Assembly (NCBI GenBank): GCA_965223855.1
Contig: CBDCXM010000008.1
Location: 288,001-352,000, forward strand
Reading direction: 5' to 3'
Origin: Candidatus Multivoradales bacterium
GTDB lineage: Bacteria > Acidobacteriota > Thermoanaerobaculia > Multivoradales > JAHEKO01
Length of the DNA stretch: 64,000 bases
Below the pieces are notes generated by a model. That model did not search any database. It was not told the origin of the DNA and saw only the letters and a program-made list of their open reading frames with translations. A program made the position numbers and the translations under genes. Positions 60,215 to 64,000 of this stretch are shown one piece after another; position 1 is the stretch's first letter; the number at the start of each line of letters is the position of its first letter.

Positions 60215-62632
60215 CTACTGAACGGTACCCAGCGGAGGCTCCGGAGCCGACTCCTTGCGGGCCGCTTCCGATGCCGGCAGCACCGCCAGCTCGCCGTCGA
60301 GGGCGATGCTCAGCACCTCGTCCATCGACTCCACGAGGTGGAACTCGAGCGCCTCGCGTGCCTCCTCGGGGAGCTCTTCGAGATCCTTCTCGTTGTCCCT
60401 GGGCAGGATGATGTCGCTCATCTCCGCGCGATAGGCGGCGAGGATCTTGTGCTTGAGGCCGCCCACCGGGAGCACCTTGCCCCGCAGCGTCACCTCGCCG
60501 GTCATCGCGACGTCCTTGCGCACCGGGATCTTGGTGACGGCCGAGACGAGCGCCGTCGCCATCGTGATGCCCGCCGATGGCCCATCCTTCGGGATCGCCC
60601 CCTCCGGCACGTGGATGTGAAGGTCGTGCTGGTCGGCGAAGTCGGGATCGACGCCGAGGTACTCGGAGCGGCTGCGCAGATAGGAGACCGCAGCGCGGGC
60701 CGACTCCTGCATCACCTCGCCGAGCTTTCCGGTGATGCTGAGCTTGCCCTTGCCCTTCATCAGGCCGACCTCGGTCTCGAGCAGCTCGCCGCCGACCTGC
60801 GTCCAGGCGAGACCGGTCGCGACGCCGACCTCGCTCTCCTCGCCTTTGCGGCGCGGACGGAACTTGATCTGCCCGAGGTACTCGTTGAGGCTCTCGGCCG
60901 TGACCGCCACCTTCTTCGACTTCTTGCCCTCCTCGACGATCTTGCGGGCGACCTTGCGGCACACCTTGGCGATCTGCCGCTCGAGGTTGCGCACTCCCGC
61001 TTCGCGGGTATACCCCTCGATCAGGCCCTTCAGAGCGTCATCCTCGAAGGTGACCGACTTCTTCTTGAGGCCGTGCTTGTCGAGCTGCTTCGGCAGCAGG
61101 AACTCGCGAGCGATCGCGAGCTTCTCCGAGAGCGTGTAGCCGGTGAGCTGGATCGTCTCCATCCGGTCCTGAAGCGGCGCCGGGATGGTGTGACTGACGT
61201 TCGCCGTGGCGATGAACATCACCTTCGAGAGGTCGTACTCGACGTCGAGGTAGTGGTCGACGAAGGCGTCGTTCTGCTCCGGATCGAGCACCTCGAGCAG
61301 CGCCGCAGACGGGTCACCGCGGAAGTCCATCGCCATCTTGTCGATCTCGTCGAGCAGGAAGACCGGGTTGACGGTTTCGGCCTTCTTCATCATCTGCACG
61401 ATCTGTCCGGGGAAGGCACCGATGTAGGTCCTGCGATGACCTCGGATCTCCGCCTCGTCCCGAACGCCGCCCAGTGACAGGCGGACGAACTTGCGCCCCA
61501 TCGCGCGGCCGATCGACTTGGCGAGCGACGACTTGCCCACTCCCGGCGGGCCGACGAAGCAGAGGATCGACGACTGCGTCTGCTCGGTGAGCTGGCGAAC
61601 GGCGAGGAACTCGAGGATGCGCTCCTTGATCTCGTCGAGCCCGTAGTGGTCCTCGTCGAGGATCTTCTGGGCCTTCCCCAGGTCCTTGTTCTCGCGGCTC
61701 TTCTTCTTCCACGGCACGCCGACCAGCCAGTCGATGTAGTTGCGCGACACGGTCGCCTCGGCCGACACCGGCGGCATCGCCTCGAGCCTCTTGAGCTCCT
61801 GCTCCGCCTTCTCCTTGACGTTCTCGGGCAGGCCCGCCTTCTCGATCTTCTCCTTGAGTTCCTCGACCTCGTCGCTGCGGTCGTCCTTGCGGCCGAGCTC
61901 CTGATGGATCGCCTTGATCTTCTCGTTGAGGTAGTACTCCTTCTGCGCCTTCTCCATCTGCTTCTTGACCTGCACGTTGATGCGCTTGTCGATGTTGACT
62001 TTCTCGACTTCGACATCGAGCAGATCGTGGAGCCGGCGCAGCCGCTCGTAGGGGTTCACGAGCTCCAGCAGCGACTGCTTCTCGAGGGTCGAGACCATCA
62101 GATGGGAGGCGAGCTGATCGGCGAAGCGATCGACTTCGTCGGTCTTGATCGTCGACACCAGCCCCTCGAAGGCGAGGTGGTGCGAGAGCTTCGCGTACTG
62201 CTCGAAGACCGCGAGCACCTTGGCGATGTACTCCTCGACCTGATCGTCCATCGGGTAGTCGACGGCCAGCACGTCGACATCCGCCATGAGGGTTCCGTCT
62301 TCCTCCCGCAGCTCGACCGTCTCGGCGCGGCTCAACCCCTCGACGAGGACCCTGACGTTGCCGTTCGGGAGCTGGAGGTTCTGCACGACCTTGGCGACGA
62401 CGCCGAGTTCGTGCATGTCGTCTCCCTGAGGCTCGTCGACCTTCGGGTCGGTCTGGGTGACGAGAAAGAGCCGCTTGCCCGGTTCGGCGAGCGCCCTCTC
62501 GAGCGCCACCACGGAGCTCTTCCGGCCCACCAGGAACGGGGCCATCATGTGCGGGAACACCACCATGTCCCGGAGCGGGACGACGGGAAGAGTCTCCCGG
62601 GTCTTGTCGATAAAGGAATCCTGGACGGGCAT
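60215..62632 (-). CDS. lon: ATP-dependent protease La
   Basis: [34 protein letters not shown]. Confidence 0.97.
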   Translation of the reverse strand: MPVQDSFIDKTRETLPVVPLRDMVVFPHMMAPFLVGRKSSVVALERALAEPGKRLFLVTQTDPKVDEPQGDDMHELGVVAKVVQNLQLPNGNVRVLVEGLSRAETVELREEDGTLMADVDVLAVDYPMDDQVEEYIAKVLAVFEQYAKLSHHLAFEGLVSTIKTDEVDRFADQLASHLMVSTLEKQSLLELVNPYERLRRLHDLLDVEVEKVNIDKRINVQVKKQMEKAQKEYYLNEKIKAIHQELGRKDDRSDEVEELKEKIEKAGLPENVKEKAEQELKRLEAMPPVSAEATVSRNYIDWLVGVPWKKKSRENKDLGKAQKILDEDHYGLDEIKERILEFLAVRQLTEQTQSSILCFVGPPGVGKSSLAKSIGRAMGRKFVRLSLGGVRDEAEIRGHRRTYIGAFPGQIVQMMKKAETVNPVFLLDEIDKMAMDFRGDPSAALLEVLDPEQNDAFVDHYLDVEYDLSKVMFIATANVSHTIPAPLQDRMETIQLTGYTLSEKLAIAREFLLPKQLDKHGLKKKSVTFEDDALKGLIEGYTREAGVRNLERQIAKVCRKVARKIVEEGKKSKKVAVTAESLNEYLGQIKFRPRRKGEESEVGVATGLAWTQVGGELLETEVGLMKGKGKLSITGKLGEVMQESARAAVSYLRSRSEYLGVDPDFADQHDLHIHVPEGAIPKDGPSAGITMATALVSAVTKIPVRKDVAMTGEVTLRGKVLPVGGLKHKILAAYRAEMSDIILPRDNEKDLEELPEEAREALEFHLVESMDEVLSIALDGELAVLPASEAARKESAPEPPLGTVQ

Positions 62633-62645
62633 GCGCCCCCTCCGA

Positions 62646-63881
<1,236 letters not shown>

Positions 63882-64000
63882 TCGATTTCCTCGGGGCTGT
63901 GGGGCTCAGGACGTTGCGGTAGGGATCCGGGCAGCCTGCTCTTGCTTGCGGTGCTTCTGCGAGGGAACCTGCGACCGCAGCCGGCCTCGGTCCTCTGTCT

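Noticed and set aside
63906-64000. Possible clpP 3' end upstream of clpX
   Set aside because: The open frame (…QKHRKQEQAARIPTATS*) does not resemble a ClpP C-terminus

Overview
High-GC bacterial chromosome segment. Gene order and protein styles suggest an Acidobacteriota, possibly Thermoanaerobaculia-like, genome; this is inference only. Most of the window is core housekeeping: rplM-rpsI-rpsB-tsf-pyrH-frr-ispD-ispF-rlmB-tRNA-Thr-tRNA-Tyr, menG-folD-coaE-rdgB, arcA-argF-LOG, purB-rlpA, moaC-namZ-aminotransferase-serA-ddl, rnd, rsmA-ftsK-fmt, a moxR/batABCD operon, lat-pcd, mqnC/mqnA, a LytS/LytTR pair, and clpX-lon-engB-rho. The first ~6.4 kb is accessory. It holds a secreted protein ending in a VPVEL motif, a stand-alone globin-like + CarH-type B12-binding protein (candidate dual-chromophore photoreceptor), and a single-chain restriction-modification enzyme downstream of tRNA-Tyr. 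That enzyme carries an odd in-frame 90-bp insertion, and inverted copies of the tRNA 3' end lie between it and the tRNA. The strongest non-genic signal is a family of three ~185-bp CTAG-bounded fold-back elements with compensatory base changes. Also visible are a consensus sigma-54 promoter before moxR/bat and many TAnnnT boxes 6-9 nt before start codons (leaderless-like). Indels in tsf/pyrH and engB look like sequencing errors. All calls come from reading sequence and motifs by eye; no searches were run.
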